From positions 16,853 through 80,852 of the forward strand of contig DATNHM010000017.1 of NCBI GenBank assembly GCA_035604955.1: a stretch of 64,000 nt of DNA, read 5' to 3'. Of this stretch, positions 1 to 7,436 are shown one piece after another. The translations under genes were made by a program, and so were the position numbers. How positions within the stretch are numbered: the stretch's first letter is position 1; each line of letters starts with the position of its first letter. This DNA is from Candidatus Limnocylindrales bacterium. Its GTDB lineage: Bacteria > Verrucomicrobiota > Verrucomicrobiia > Limisphaerales > UBA11358. Below the pieces are notes generated by a model, which worked only from the letters and a program-made list of their open reading frames with translations, made no database searches and was not told the DNA's origin.

Positions 1-511
1 GATTGGTGACGAGTTCCTTGCGCGAAGCGAGCTGCTCGACGATTTCACCTGGTTCCCAGAGTGGCTTACAGAGAAACGCGATAGCGCGCTCGGGCTGGTC
101 ATGGTGCGCGCGCACGATGAGGTAAGGACCCAACAGCAAATGTCGGTAGAATCTTTGGAAGTTATCTACTTGGGCGATTAGGCGCGCCTCGTCCTTGGGA
201 TTTCGCCGCCCGTTCCCATCCTTCGGACATACTTCATCGAAATAGAAAAGCGTGAGCCATGTCCACAATCCTTGGTCACGCTCTGGCAAATCAACTTTGG
301 CCGTTCCGAACAACTCGTTGAGAAAGCGTCCAGCTTCCAAACGATTGTTGAAACTTCGCTTTGGGACATCCACATCACCGGGTATCAGTTCGGTTAGAGC
401 CGGGTCTTCCAACATTTCGACGGGGGGCGGCAGCGTGGGCTCTAGCGTAAGCCGCGCTCGATATGTTGCAAACGCTGCCACGCCATCGGGGTTGAAACGT
501 TGCAGTTTCAT
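1..511 (-). CDS. Hypothetical protein, 5' part only (170 codons visible; gene continues past the left edge). Last visible gene of the XRE-Dcm-GHKL operon.
   Basis: Absent from the ORF track because it has no stop in the window. Hand translation of the minus strand from ATG 511..509 gives MKLQRFNPDGVAAFATYRARLTLEPTLPPPVEMLEDPALTELIPGDVDVPKRSFNNRLEAGRFLNELFGTAKVDLPERDQGLWTWLTLFYFDEVCPKDGNGRRNPKDEARLIAQVDNFQRFYRHLLLGPYLIVRAHHDQPERAIAFLCKPLWEPGEIVEQLASRKELVTN, open to position 1. Its ATG overlaps the TGA of the upstream ORF (ATGA, 508-511). No family recognised. Confidence 0.6.
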   Translation of the reverse strand, partial: MKLQRFNPDGVAAFATYRARLTLEPTLPPPVEMLEDPALTELIPGDVDVPKRSFNNRLEAGRFLNELFGTAKVDLPERDQGLWTWLTLFYFDEVCPKDGNGRRNPKDEARLIAQVDNFQRFYRHLLLGPYLIVRAHHDQPERAIAFLCKPLWEPGEIVEQLASRKELVTN

Positions 512-1278
512 CTACCACCCTCCTCGTCGCAGGTCCGATCCCAAGTGGAGCGGATTTCGAGCCGTCGACAAAATGCTGCCACCGCCTCCTCAACCCAGTT
601 GTCACGGTCAGTTCGCAACTCAAGTGGAGGCACCGGCCCCAATCCACCAAGATTCTTCGCGAATCGTACCCAATCCGCCGGCCACCCGCCTTCCTCGTCG
701 TCTTCCGTCCAGCTTTCGTCAACTAGAGCGTGCGATAGCATTCGGCGCAGGACTTCAGGATAAACGAGCGCGATGAACTGTGGCGAGCGGGCCATCTCTT
801 TCCAACTCGGCTTTGCTTCGTTGTTGACCAATAGTTGCGGCGGATCGTGCTCAAAGTCCAGTTTCCAGAGCTGCTGACCAAGTGCATCCGGAACGGGCAC
901 AAGCAAATGCCGCCGACGATCGTCCGCCTCGCCAGCCTTCACGAAGGGAATCCCGTCAGCCTCTCCCAGTAGCTTGTGATGTTCCTGTCCGGGCGGCTGC
1001 ACCACTCGCACGCGGAAAAGCAAGCCGTCGGGAACATCAAACTCCACCAGCCGGCGATCAACGGGCACGCGCAATGAGGACACTGTACCCGACGACCATT
1101 GCATCCAAAGGTTCTGCCGATGCGCTTCGACCCAGACTTCAGCGTTGCGCGAGAAGTTGTAGTCTGCCAAGCGCAAGCCTGCGTCGAAAACCCAAACGGA
1201 CTTTTCCTGACGGAGTGTAATAGAAACGTCTTTCCGCCCAATCTTCCTACGACCGGTATAATTAAACGTCCGCTTCAT
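508..1278 (-). CDS. Hypothetical 256-aa protein, fourth gene of the XRE-Dcm-GHKL operon
   Basis: Track ORF. ATG at 1278 is preceded by a GGGGGAG Shine-Dalgarno-like run (minus strand, 1286..1280). It overlaps the GHKL gene end by 17 nt and the next start by 4 nt. The C-terminal half is acidic and Trp-rich (WTEDDEEGGWPADW). No family or catalytic motif recognised. Confidence 0.65.
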   Translation of the reverse strand: MKRTFNYTGRRKIGRKDVSITLRQEKSVWVFDAGLRLADYNFSRNAEVWVEAHRQNLWMQWSSGTVSSLRVPVDRRLVEFDVPDGLLFRVRVVQPPGQEHHKLLGEADGIPFVKAGEADDRRRHLLVPVPDALGQQLWKLDFEHDPPQLLVNNEAKPSWKEMARSPQFIALVYPEVLRRMLSHALVDESWTEDDEEGGWPADWVRFAKNLGGLGPVPPLELRTDRDNWVEEAVAAFCRRLEIRSTWDRTCDEEGGR

Positions 1279-3175
1279 TCTCCCCCTTAAGTTCGATAGC
1301 CCGTATCACGAGGTCGCGCTTGGTGTCGAAGCCGGAAATTTCAAATTGAAAGTCTGGCTTTCTGATTTCCAGTTCCAAGAAATTGGCGTCCGCACGCGAA
1401 ACGAAGACTCCATTCGCTCGGTCCTGTCGAAGCGGCGCGCGAATGAAAGCGAAGTCGTCTGGAGCCCAACGCTTGATGGCGTTGCCGCGACGGACAGCGT
1501 AGCCTGCTTCAATTCTAATTCTCGCAGGAAAAGACTCCAAGGTGGCTTTGCCGGGTTTTACCAGAAACCCACCTTTCACTTGCTCCAACTCAAACCGTTT
1601 TGGTGGCGGAGGCGGAAGTGGCGGAGGTAGTCCAACCACCGTGCCGGACTCTTTCTCTTTGGGCTTCTTCGTTGGCTCTGTCGATCCTTCGTCCGTCGGC
1701 AAAAAGAAAATGTCCAGCAGGAGATTCGGGTCGCCCTTCGTCTCAGCCGCATGTAGCCGCTGCATGATTTCATAAACGCTCCGCGTTACGAACTTGATTG
1801 TGAACGGGCCGTAGAAGTAGCGGTTATGAAACTTGGGCGAGTCCTTCTGCCATTGAGTGTGATTGACGCCCTCGGAGTCACCGAGCAAGCCAGCCAACGG
1901 CGGGTCTTCGACAACGACGAGTGAACGGTTACCTGACATCTGAGGACAGCGCACATCCGTGATGACTATGCCATCTCTCAGAAAGATCGGCCTGTGCCCC
2001 GAGTCACGACATGTGGCAACATACACTGTGGAAAATGACATGCTTTCGGTTCCGCCTTCAGTTTTTGGACGCACTCGCACCGGTACCCTGATTTCCACAT
2101 GCTGCTGCGATTCCAATCGTTTGCGAATTTCGTCCAGCTTCGCTTCGGGAAGCAACTGATCGCCGAAGTCCTTCCAGTCCGGATGGGTCGTTTCAGGCAG
2201 AGTGATTCTCTCCGCGGGTATCGCAGTCGATGCCCAGCTTGCGAATTCAATTACAGCGGCTTCCGGCACTGGCAGAAGTGAGCGGTGCGTCGCCAACGTT
2301 TCGGCATCAATCCTCCAAGATTCCTCGGGACCGTCCAAGTCAACGACAAGTTCACCAAGAAGAATCGGCCAGAAAAAACTTCGGACGATGCCGCGTCTGA
2401 GGTCGGCAACATTCACACGCTCATCCACTGAAGGCACGACGATGGATAGGCCGGGTTCACTTCCGCGCTTCAGCCCAAACACCTTTTCAAAGGAATTGAT
2501 AAATTCTGAGTCTGTGACTGGTTTCACTGGTTCATCTGCAATCTCACGGCATCCGAACCAACCGTCCGGCTGGTAATCTTGTTCCCCAATGGAATGAGTC
2601 CGCACGACAGCCGAACCCATCAACACGCGCGATGGATTGTCGGCGCGCACCGTCAGGCCGAACATTGAGTGGAGCCGGCTGGAGGTGGGGAATACCTGCT
2701 TACCAATGCCCCAGCGACCTAGGCTTTCACCACTCTTTGGTGATTGGCCTTCGGCACGAAAGAAACTAAAGAATGCATTCTGCTCAGCTCGTTCCAACCG
2801 CCACTCATGAACATCGCCGGTCAGGCCTTTAGTACCGAAGTCCTCGAATACGAGATAGCCGCTGCTTTCGTCAAACAGCGTGTTCAAGTTGCGCAGGTTA
2901 AGTCCGCGCTCGAAATTCACGCGGGCCGAGGAAAAATGATTTGCGAGGAATTCTCGCACTTCGGACGGCGCGTTGGGAACAAACTGAATACTCACCTTGA
3001 CTTGCCGTACGCCGCCTGCATCGCGTCGCGCGGCGTCGAGCGAATTTTGAATGCCTTCGCGAACTAAAGCCTCACTCAAATTCTCTAGGCTCTCAGCGGT
3101 AAAAAAGGCATCGTTTGCCGAATCTCTCATGCGATCACATGGTCGGCGCGGGTTGAAGTGCCATAGAGGATTCAC
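1262..3175 (-). CDS. GHKL-superfamily (Bergerat fold) ATPase, sacsin/MORC-like, 637 aa, with a large unassigned C-terminal region
   Basis: N box E40-GIQNSLDA-48, G1 box 111-EDFGTKGLTG-120 and G2 box 152-LGRWGIGKQVF-162 occur in the canonical order and spacing. A poly-proline hinge GLPPPLPPPPPK precedes the last ~110 aa. GTG start at 3175 overlaps the dcm stop (GTGA). An alternative ATG lies at 3130. Confidence 0.8.
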   Translation of the reverse strand: MNPLWHFNPRRPCDRMRDSANDAFFTAESLENLSEALVREGIQNSLDAARRDAGGVRQVKVSIQFVPNAPSEVREFLANHFSSARVNFERGLNLRNLNTLFDESSGYLVFEDFGTKGLTGDVHEWRLERAEQNAFFSFFRAEGQSPKSGESLGRWGIGKQVFPTSSRLHSMFGLTVRADNPSRVLMGSAVVRTHSIGEQDYQPDGWFGCREIADEPVKPVTDSEFINSFEKVFGLKRGSEPGLSIVVPSVDERVNVADLRRGIVRSFFWPILLGELVVDLDGPEESWRIDAETLATHRSLLPVPEAAVIEFASWASTAIPAERITLPETTHPDWKDFGDQLLPEAKLDEIRKRLESQQHVEIRVPVRVRPKTEGGTESMSFSTVYVATCRDSGHRPIFLRDGIVITDVRCPQMSGNRSLVVVEDPPLAGLLGDSEGVNHTQWQKDSPKFHNRYFYGPFTIKFVTRSVYEIMQRLHAAETKGDPNLLLDIFFLPTDEGSTEPTKKPKEKESGTVVGLPPPLPPPPPKRFELEQVKGGFLVKPGKATLESFPARIRIEAGYAVRRGNAIKRWAPDDFAFIRAPLRQDRANGVFVSRADANFLELEIRKPDFQFEISGFDTKRDLVIRAIELKGENEADV

Positions 3176-4833
3176 GGCTTAATCTCCTCAAGGTTGCTTC
3201 GCTTTATCTGGTGATCGGACGCCTTCGCAACTGCACGGATGCGCAATCCAGAACGTTGGGCTTCCACACAGTAAAAATCTTCTTTGCAAATCTCGCCGGC
3301 ATCATGGCGGCGCCAAGCCTCGCGTCCCAAAAGTTCCAGTGCGACCGGCCAACCGCTACGGGTATATCGCTTTGCTAACAGTTCCTCATAGCCGGGTAGC
3401 GCTAGCTGATCAGGACTGATTTGTTCAAAGCTACTCCCGTGATCGAGTGCGTTATCCGGATGCAGGTCAGGAAAGAGAAAGAGCAAGGCACGCCAGCCAT
3501 GAAGGAATTGTTCCGTGGGCAGAGCGCGAAGGCCCCGCCGGTCGAGTTGGGCGAGTTCTCGCAGTTCGTAGGCGGCAGCTTGGCGGGTTTGCGCCTTCGG
3601 AGTACCGGTCTCCAGCCCAGCATGTTTCTGCGCGCGGCTATTCGTTTCAATACGCGCCGGATCAGAGGATGGCGTTTCGAGAAACTCCTTTATCTCGTAG
3701 CCAACGGCCTCGGCGACAAGTGGTGGCACAGCGTTGCCGATGATTCGGAACTGATGCGTGCGCGCTACTGGAAATCGAAACCAATCCGGAAAGCTTTGCA
3801 CGCGCGCGGCCTCGCGCGGAGTGAGCGTACGTGTTTGCGTCGGATGGATGAACATCAATCCATCCTTGGCCAGATGCGCAACGATGGTTGAGCAAAGCCG
3901 TTCACGATGCTGGCGTGTGTAACGGTCGAGAAACACACTGCGGTCGTAGGGGAATTCCATCTTCTCACCACGGGCGATGGCTTGATCGGCGGTTTCACCT
4001 TCGCGCAGCCGGTCAAAGTCACGGAGATCACGTTCGTTATGCGGACGGGAACGGTGTGCGGACAACTTCGCGGCTTCGGCAATTTCGAGAACGTTTTTCA
4101 GATAGTGCGTTGCCGCTTCACCACGTTCAGCTAAGAAATCTTTGCGTCGGCCTAAATCGTAATCGCGTTCTTCAATGCCTTCTCCGGCGACGAGCGGCGG
4201 TAGGTCACCAATGGCGTCCCACAAAGTTGGCGAGCCAAACGCCCGCGACGCTGGCTTCAGTTCACTTAAAAAATAGCTGGGCACATCATTCCGCACACCG
4301 ACGACGAGCTGACGACGGCGTTTCTGGGGCACGCCGAGTTTCCAAGCCTCCTCGACTTGTGCGTGAACGCGGTAGCCGAGCTTGCGGGCATCGGCTTGCA
4401 CGAGTGTAAAGAATTTGCCCTTCGCTGCACTCTGGATGCCCATCACATTTTCCATTACAAACACGCGCGGGCGAAATGCCGCCACGTAATCGAGGAACAT
4501 GCGGTAGAGGTAACGGCGCTTGTCGCGCTTCACACGTGAGCCGTGGTTGGCGGCGTCAACCTGTCGCACAGTGCTGAACCCCTGACACGGCGGCCCGCCT
4601 ACAATGACGTCCACCTGATTTACGGCAAGTTTCGCCATGAGTTTGTCCGGTGGAAACTTGGTGAGGTCTTTACAGAGCGCCATGGTTTCCTTGGGAAAAT
4701 TCGTCTTGAAGGTAGCGATGGCTTCTTTGTTGAAGTCAATCGCCGCCAGCACATTAAAACCAGCGCGTTTCATCCCCAAGCTGAAACCGCCACAGCCGCA
4801 GAAGAGATCAATGCACGTAAGCGGCGTGCTCAT
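3172..4833 (-). CDS. dcm: DNA (cytosine-5)-methyltransferase with a ~168-aa C-terminal extension of unknown function
   Basis: All C5-MTase motifs are present. I: DLFCGCGGFSLG. IV: GGPPCQGFS. VI: FVMENV. VIII: QKRRRQ. IX: REAARVQSFPD. X: GNAVPPLVAEAVG. AGGAG lies 8 nt upstream of ATG 4833. The ATG overlaps the stop of the HTH gene (ATGA 4830-4833). The conserved core ends near aa 385 of 553. Confidence 0.93.
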   Translation of the reverse strand: MSTPLTCIDLFCGCGGFSLGMKRAGFNVLAAIDFNKEAIATFKTNFPKETMALCKDLTKFPPDKLMAKLAVNQVDVIVGGPPCQGFSTVRQVDAANHGSRVKRDKRRYLYRMFLDYVAAFRPRVFVMENVMGIQSAAKGKFFTLVQADARKLGYRVHAQVEEAWKLGVPQKRRRQLVVGVRNDVPSYFLSELKPASRAFGSPTLWDAIGDLPPLVAGEGIEERDYDLGRRKDFLAERGEAATHYLKNVLEIAEAAKLSAHRSRPHNERDLRDFDRLREGETADQAIARGEKMEFPYDRSVFLDRYTRQHRERLCSTIVAHLAKDGLMFIHPTQTRTLTPREAARVQSFPDWFRFPVARTHQFRIIGNAVPPLVAEAVGYEIKEFLETPSSDPARIETNSRAQKHAGLETGTPKAQTRQAAAYELRELAQLDRRGLRALPTEQFLHGWRALLFLFPDLHPDNALDHGSSFEQISPDQLALPGYEELLAKRYTRSGWPVALELLGREAWRRHDAGEICKEDFYCVEAQRSGLRIRAVAKASDHQIKRSNLEEIKP

Positions 4834-5057
4834 CCATTCACTCCTTCCAGAAGTTTCGACGGCGTAATTCCCAGTGCCTTGGCAATCAGAACAACGTTCT
4901 TGATTCCCGGATTGCGGACGCCACGCTCAATGTCGCTGAGGTAAGTGCGGTCGAGGCTGGCCTTTTCCGCCAGAGCCTCTTGGGTAAGGTCTTTTGCCCG
5001 TCGGTGCTTGGCTACGCTCTGGCCTAACGAACGAAGAACCGGGTCATGCTTTGGCAT
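4830..5057 (-). CDS. XRE-family helix-turn-helix protein (controller/C-protein-like), 75 aa
   Basis: HTH_3 pattern DLTQEALAEKASLDRTYLSDIERGVRNP. It is the first gene of the operon and is translationally coupled to dcm. Confidence 0.85.
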   Translation of the reverse strand: MPKHDPVLRSLGQSVAKHRRAKDLTQEALAEKASLDRTYLSDIERGVRNPGIKNVVLIAKALGITPSKLLEGVNG

Positions 5058-5107
5058 GGCCAGTATATGACTCGTTTGTCGGAAATCAGTCTATCGGGGA
5101 TAAGTGA

Positions 5108-5122
5108 CAATTTTTAAAATTG
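5108..5122. promoter_or_regulatory. 15-bp AT-rich palindrome (CAATTTT-T-AAAATTG), candidate operator upstream of the XRE gene
   Basis: Perfect 7-bp inverted arms around a central T, 51 bp upstream of ATG 5057. It overlaps a TTGTCA (-35-like) hexamer on the minus strand (5111..5106). No convincing -10 partner at correct spacing. Confidence 0.3.
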
Positions 5123-5140
5123 AATTCGCGGCGGTCGTCT

Positions 5141-5240
5141 GTGGACTATCGGCTACAGGATTTTCGCGGAGCGAAAATAGGAGATGGGAGATAGGAGATG
5201 GAAGATGAGAATCCGCGTGCATCCGCGTTCATCTGCGGTT
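5141..5240. repeat. Composite intergenic repeat, copy 1: 26-mer head, purine-rich word tract, TCCGCG..TCTGCGGTT tail
   Basis: GTGGACTATCGGCTACAGGATTTTCG (5141-5166) is identical to 6296-6321. It is followed by AGGAGATGGGAGATAGGAGATGGAAGATGAG and ATCCGCGTGCATCCGCGTTCATCTGCGGTT. Confidence 0.8.
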
Positions 5241-5508
5241 GACCGAATGGGTGATCCGTCTTGATTCGGTTTGTGACCGCGATTGCGCGACTGTGGCGCG
5301 GTGTGACAGGGCCCTGAGCCAGCATGACTCATCCCGGGCGATGTGTGTTCATGGATTTCTACTGAAATGCCCCCAAAATGCCCAAATGTACTCGTGGCAT
5401 TTCCGGTGCTTGAAGGATTCGCCGCGTTAAGCGGCTTGCTTAATGAGATGGAGTCGAGATGGTCCTGGACTGATCTTTTTTCGCAATAACCAAAACGAAA
5501 GGATTGTC

Positions 5509-6114
5509 ATGTTTAAACATTTTAGAGCTTTGGGTATTGCCGGATTAACCACGCTCAGTGCCAGTCAACTCGCGCTCGCCGGGCCGGATAGTGTCCTGTG
5601 GTCGCAGCATAAAGAAAACAGTGAAGTCATTGTTTCAGGAATCAAAGTGGCCGCCCGCACCATCGGCCGGCTCAATCAGCATCGCCCCCTGGTGCGATTT
5701 ACCGACAACGAAGTGGGCGGCACGGCCCTGGTTCCTTTGTTGCCGTATGAGGCGGATGACCGATGCTCGCCCGATTTTGATCCGGCGCCATTCCTCGCCG
5801 GTAAAGGCAATGAGGTCTGGGCGAATTTTGAATTCGTGAACGTGGATGAAAGCGACCGGGACCTGCTGGCATTTGCCGTCAAGGCCGACAAGCCCGGACG
5901 CAAAGACCGGTTCCGGGTGGAGCACGACATCGGGTGTGGTCATTCGGGAAACAAACCCGCCCTGTGCGCCATGATTTCGCCACCGACGGAGGGAGATTAC
6001 GGCTATTACTTCCTGGACAGAGGCATCCTGAAAACCGATGAGCTTCTGCATCGGAATCCCGGCGCGGCGATCAAGATAACCATTTCCAGCCACGCACGCG
6101 GTCCAGTGGGTTGA
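5509..6114 (+). CDS. Secreted hypothetical protein (~201 aa)
   Basis: Track ORF 5443..6114. The likely start is ATG 5509 (MFKHFRALGIAGLTTLSASQLALAGP, signal-peptide-like) with a purine-rich GAAAGGA just upstream. No family recognised. Confidence 0.5.
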   Translation: MFKHFRALGIAGLTTLSASQLALAGPDSVLWSQHKENSEVIVSGIKVAARTIGRLNQHRPLVRFTDNEVGGTALVPLLPYEADDRCSPDFDPAPFLAGKGNEVWANFEFVNVDESDRDLLAFAVKADKPGRKDRFRVEHDIGCGHSGNKPALCAMISPPTEGDYGYYFLDRGILKTDELLHRNPGAAIKITISSHARGPVG

Positions 6115-6148
6115 GGCGGGGTGAAACGGCGGTCGAGAGACGAGCCGG

Positions 6149-6212
6149 GTAAAGCTGCGCCACGCGGTGAGGAACATCGAAGTCGAAACGGCTCGCGGGT
6201 ACGCTCCCACCG
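6149..6212. repeat. Intergenic repeat module, compact copy (GTAAAGCTGCGCCACGCGGTGAGGAACATCGAAGTCGAAACGGC...CACCGG)
   Basis: Shares both ends with 7437-7562, which carries a ~57-nt internal expansion. Partial reiterations of GTAAA(A/G)CTG(C/G)GCCACGC occur at ~6243 and ~6270. Confidence 0.75.
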
Positions 6213-6295
6213 GTTTCAAATATTCGCGCGCCCGGCGTACGCGAAAAGCTGCGCCACGCATCAGGTACGCGTAAAACTGGGCCACGCGACAGGCC

Positions 6296-6412
6296 GTGGA
6301 CTATCGGCTACAGGATTTTCGGAGGCCGGGGGACAGAGGACAGAAGACAGAGGACGGAGGCCGGAAGACGGAAAGCTGAATTCATCTGCGTTTATCAGCG
6401 TAATCCGCGGTT
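6296..6412. repeat. Composite intergenic repeat, copy 2 (same head / purine tract / tail layout as 5141-5240)
   Basis: Identical 26-mer head at 6296-6321. It is followed by GGACAGAGGACAGAAGACAGAGGACGGAGGCCGGAAGACGGAAAG and the tail TTCATCTGCGTTTATCAGCGTAATCCGCGGTT. Confidence 0.8.
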
Positions 6413-6697
6413 AAAATTTCTGAGAAATCGCGAGCACGCGGCAGGCCAGCGTAAAAGCCTACGGCTCACGTGGCACGAAAAGATGGCCCAATTCGGGACA
6501 CACGATTTGTGCCGATATAGCTTGTGCACCCCGGCTCCGGGTGTAAGGTCGAATTGCTGATGGAGCACCGTTTACCAGGTGTCTGACGGCCCCTCGTTTG
6601 GGGGTTTTCCCTCTCCTCTTATTCCCTGCACTGCAAGCCCGAGCCGCATCAGCGGCCCGGAACACAGACCAAGGTAGGTCCAGAAAGAACACAAATT

Positions 6698-6937
6698 ATG
6701 ACAACAAACACAGATAAGACCCAGTTCTCCGGTTCCCAAAAATCGGGATCCGCGAAACCAACACTCGCTGCGGCGGCCGGCGCTTTTTTGCGCAATCCAT
6801 TAAAGAAGGCCAATGCGGCTCCATCCGAGGCGGAAATCAGCACGAAGGCCTATGAAATCTGGCTCTCGACCGGACAGCAACCGGGCCATGACCAGGAACA
6901 TTGGTTCCAAGCTGAACAGCAGTTGAGTTCCACGTAA
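6698..6937 (+). CDS. DUF2934-family small protein (79 aa)
   Basis: The C-terminal half EISTKAYEIWLSTGQQPGHDQEHWFQAEQQL fits the DUF2934 pattern (I..RAYEIW...G...G....W..AE..L). Confidence 0.7.
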   Translation: MTTNTDKTQFSGSQKSGSAKPTLAAAAGAFLRNPLKKANAAPSEAEISTKAYEIWLSTGQQPGHDQEHWFQAEQQLSST

Positions 6938-7436
6938 AAGGCCTTTCGATTGCAGGTTGAGGAAATCCGACTTTGCCAAGGCTCCCGTCTTCTCCCGCTT
7001 TGCGGGAGAAGACAGGGTAAATTGCTGCGGCAAGTCGCTGCAACAGGTCCGTCTTCCGGCGAGGCATGGCGCGATATTGCCACGGCCAAGACGACAGTGT
7101 AAACAGAAGATAACGAAGTTAACGAAGCCAGTCTTCAGTCTTGGTTTCCTTTGTTTCCTTCTGTAGAAATCCCCCGATCTGCGGTCTGCAATTTTCGCGT
7201 ATTTGGTGTATTTCGCGGTTGATCCATGGTTGAGAGATGAGAGATGAGCGTCGAGCGTCGAAGGCAAAAGGAGAAAGGCTGAAGGAAAATGAAGCCGGAA
7301 GCCTCGCCCCACCTGAGTTAGCCGGCGCGATAGGGACATCGCGCCCTACCTTTTTTGCGATATTTGTGCCTCTTTGTGGCTAAACCATCAGCGTCAATCC
7401 GCGTTCATCTGCGGTTAGCAGGCAGTTGAACTCCGC

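Noticed and set aside
178-776. Track ORFs 178..378(-), 252..776(+) and 375..722(-) at the left edge
   Set aside because: Their translations are Arg/Ser/Pro-rich with no motifs. The third minus-strand frame is open from ATG 511 to position 1, couples by ATGA to the upstream gene and gives a protein-like sequence. That frame is the real gene.
5058-5090. Possible leaderless promoter (TATACT ending 4 nt before the XRE ATG) and a GACT...AGTC pair reminiscent of C-boxes
   Set aside because: The -10-like hexamer is too close to the ATG for a clean leaderless start and has no -35 partner at 16-18 nt. The GACT and AGTC halves are 15 nt apart rather than the short spacing of known C-boxes. This is likely chance.
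5171-6375. Purine-rich word repeats (GGAGATGGGAGAT..., GGACAGAGGACAGAAGACAG...) as a possible CRISPR array or coding repeat
   Set aside because: There is no regular repeat-spacer periodicity, no cas genes, and the units are only 6-10 nt of degenerate words. The ORFs covering them (for example 6121..6414 and the start of 16603..17250) are low-complexity translations.
6800-7339. 179-aa ORF (minus) and neighbours across the 6.95-7.57 kb gap
   Set aside because: They run through repeat modules, have low-complexity composition, no start context and no motif. The region is better described as a repeat mosaic.
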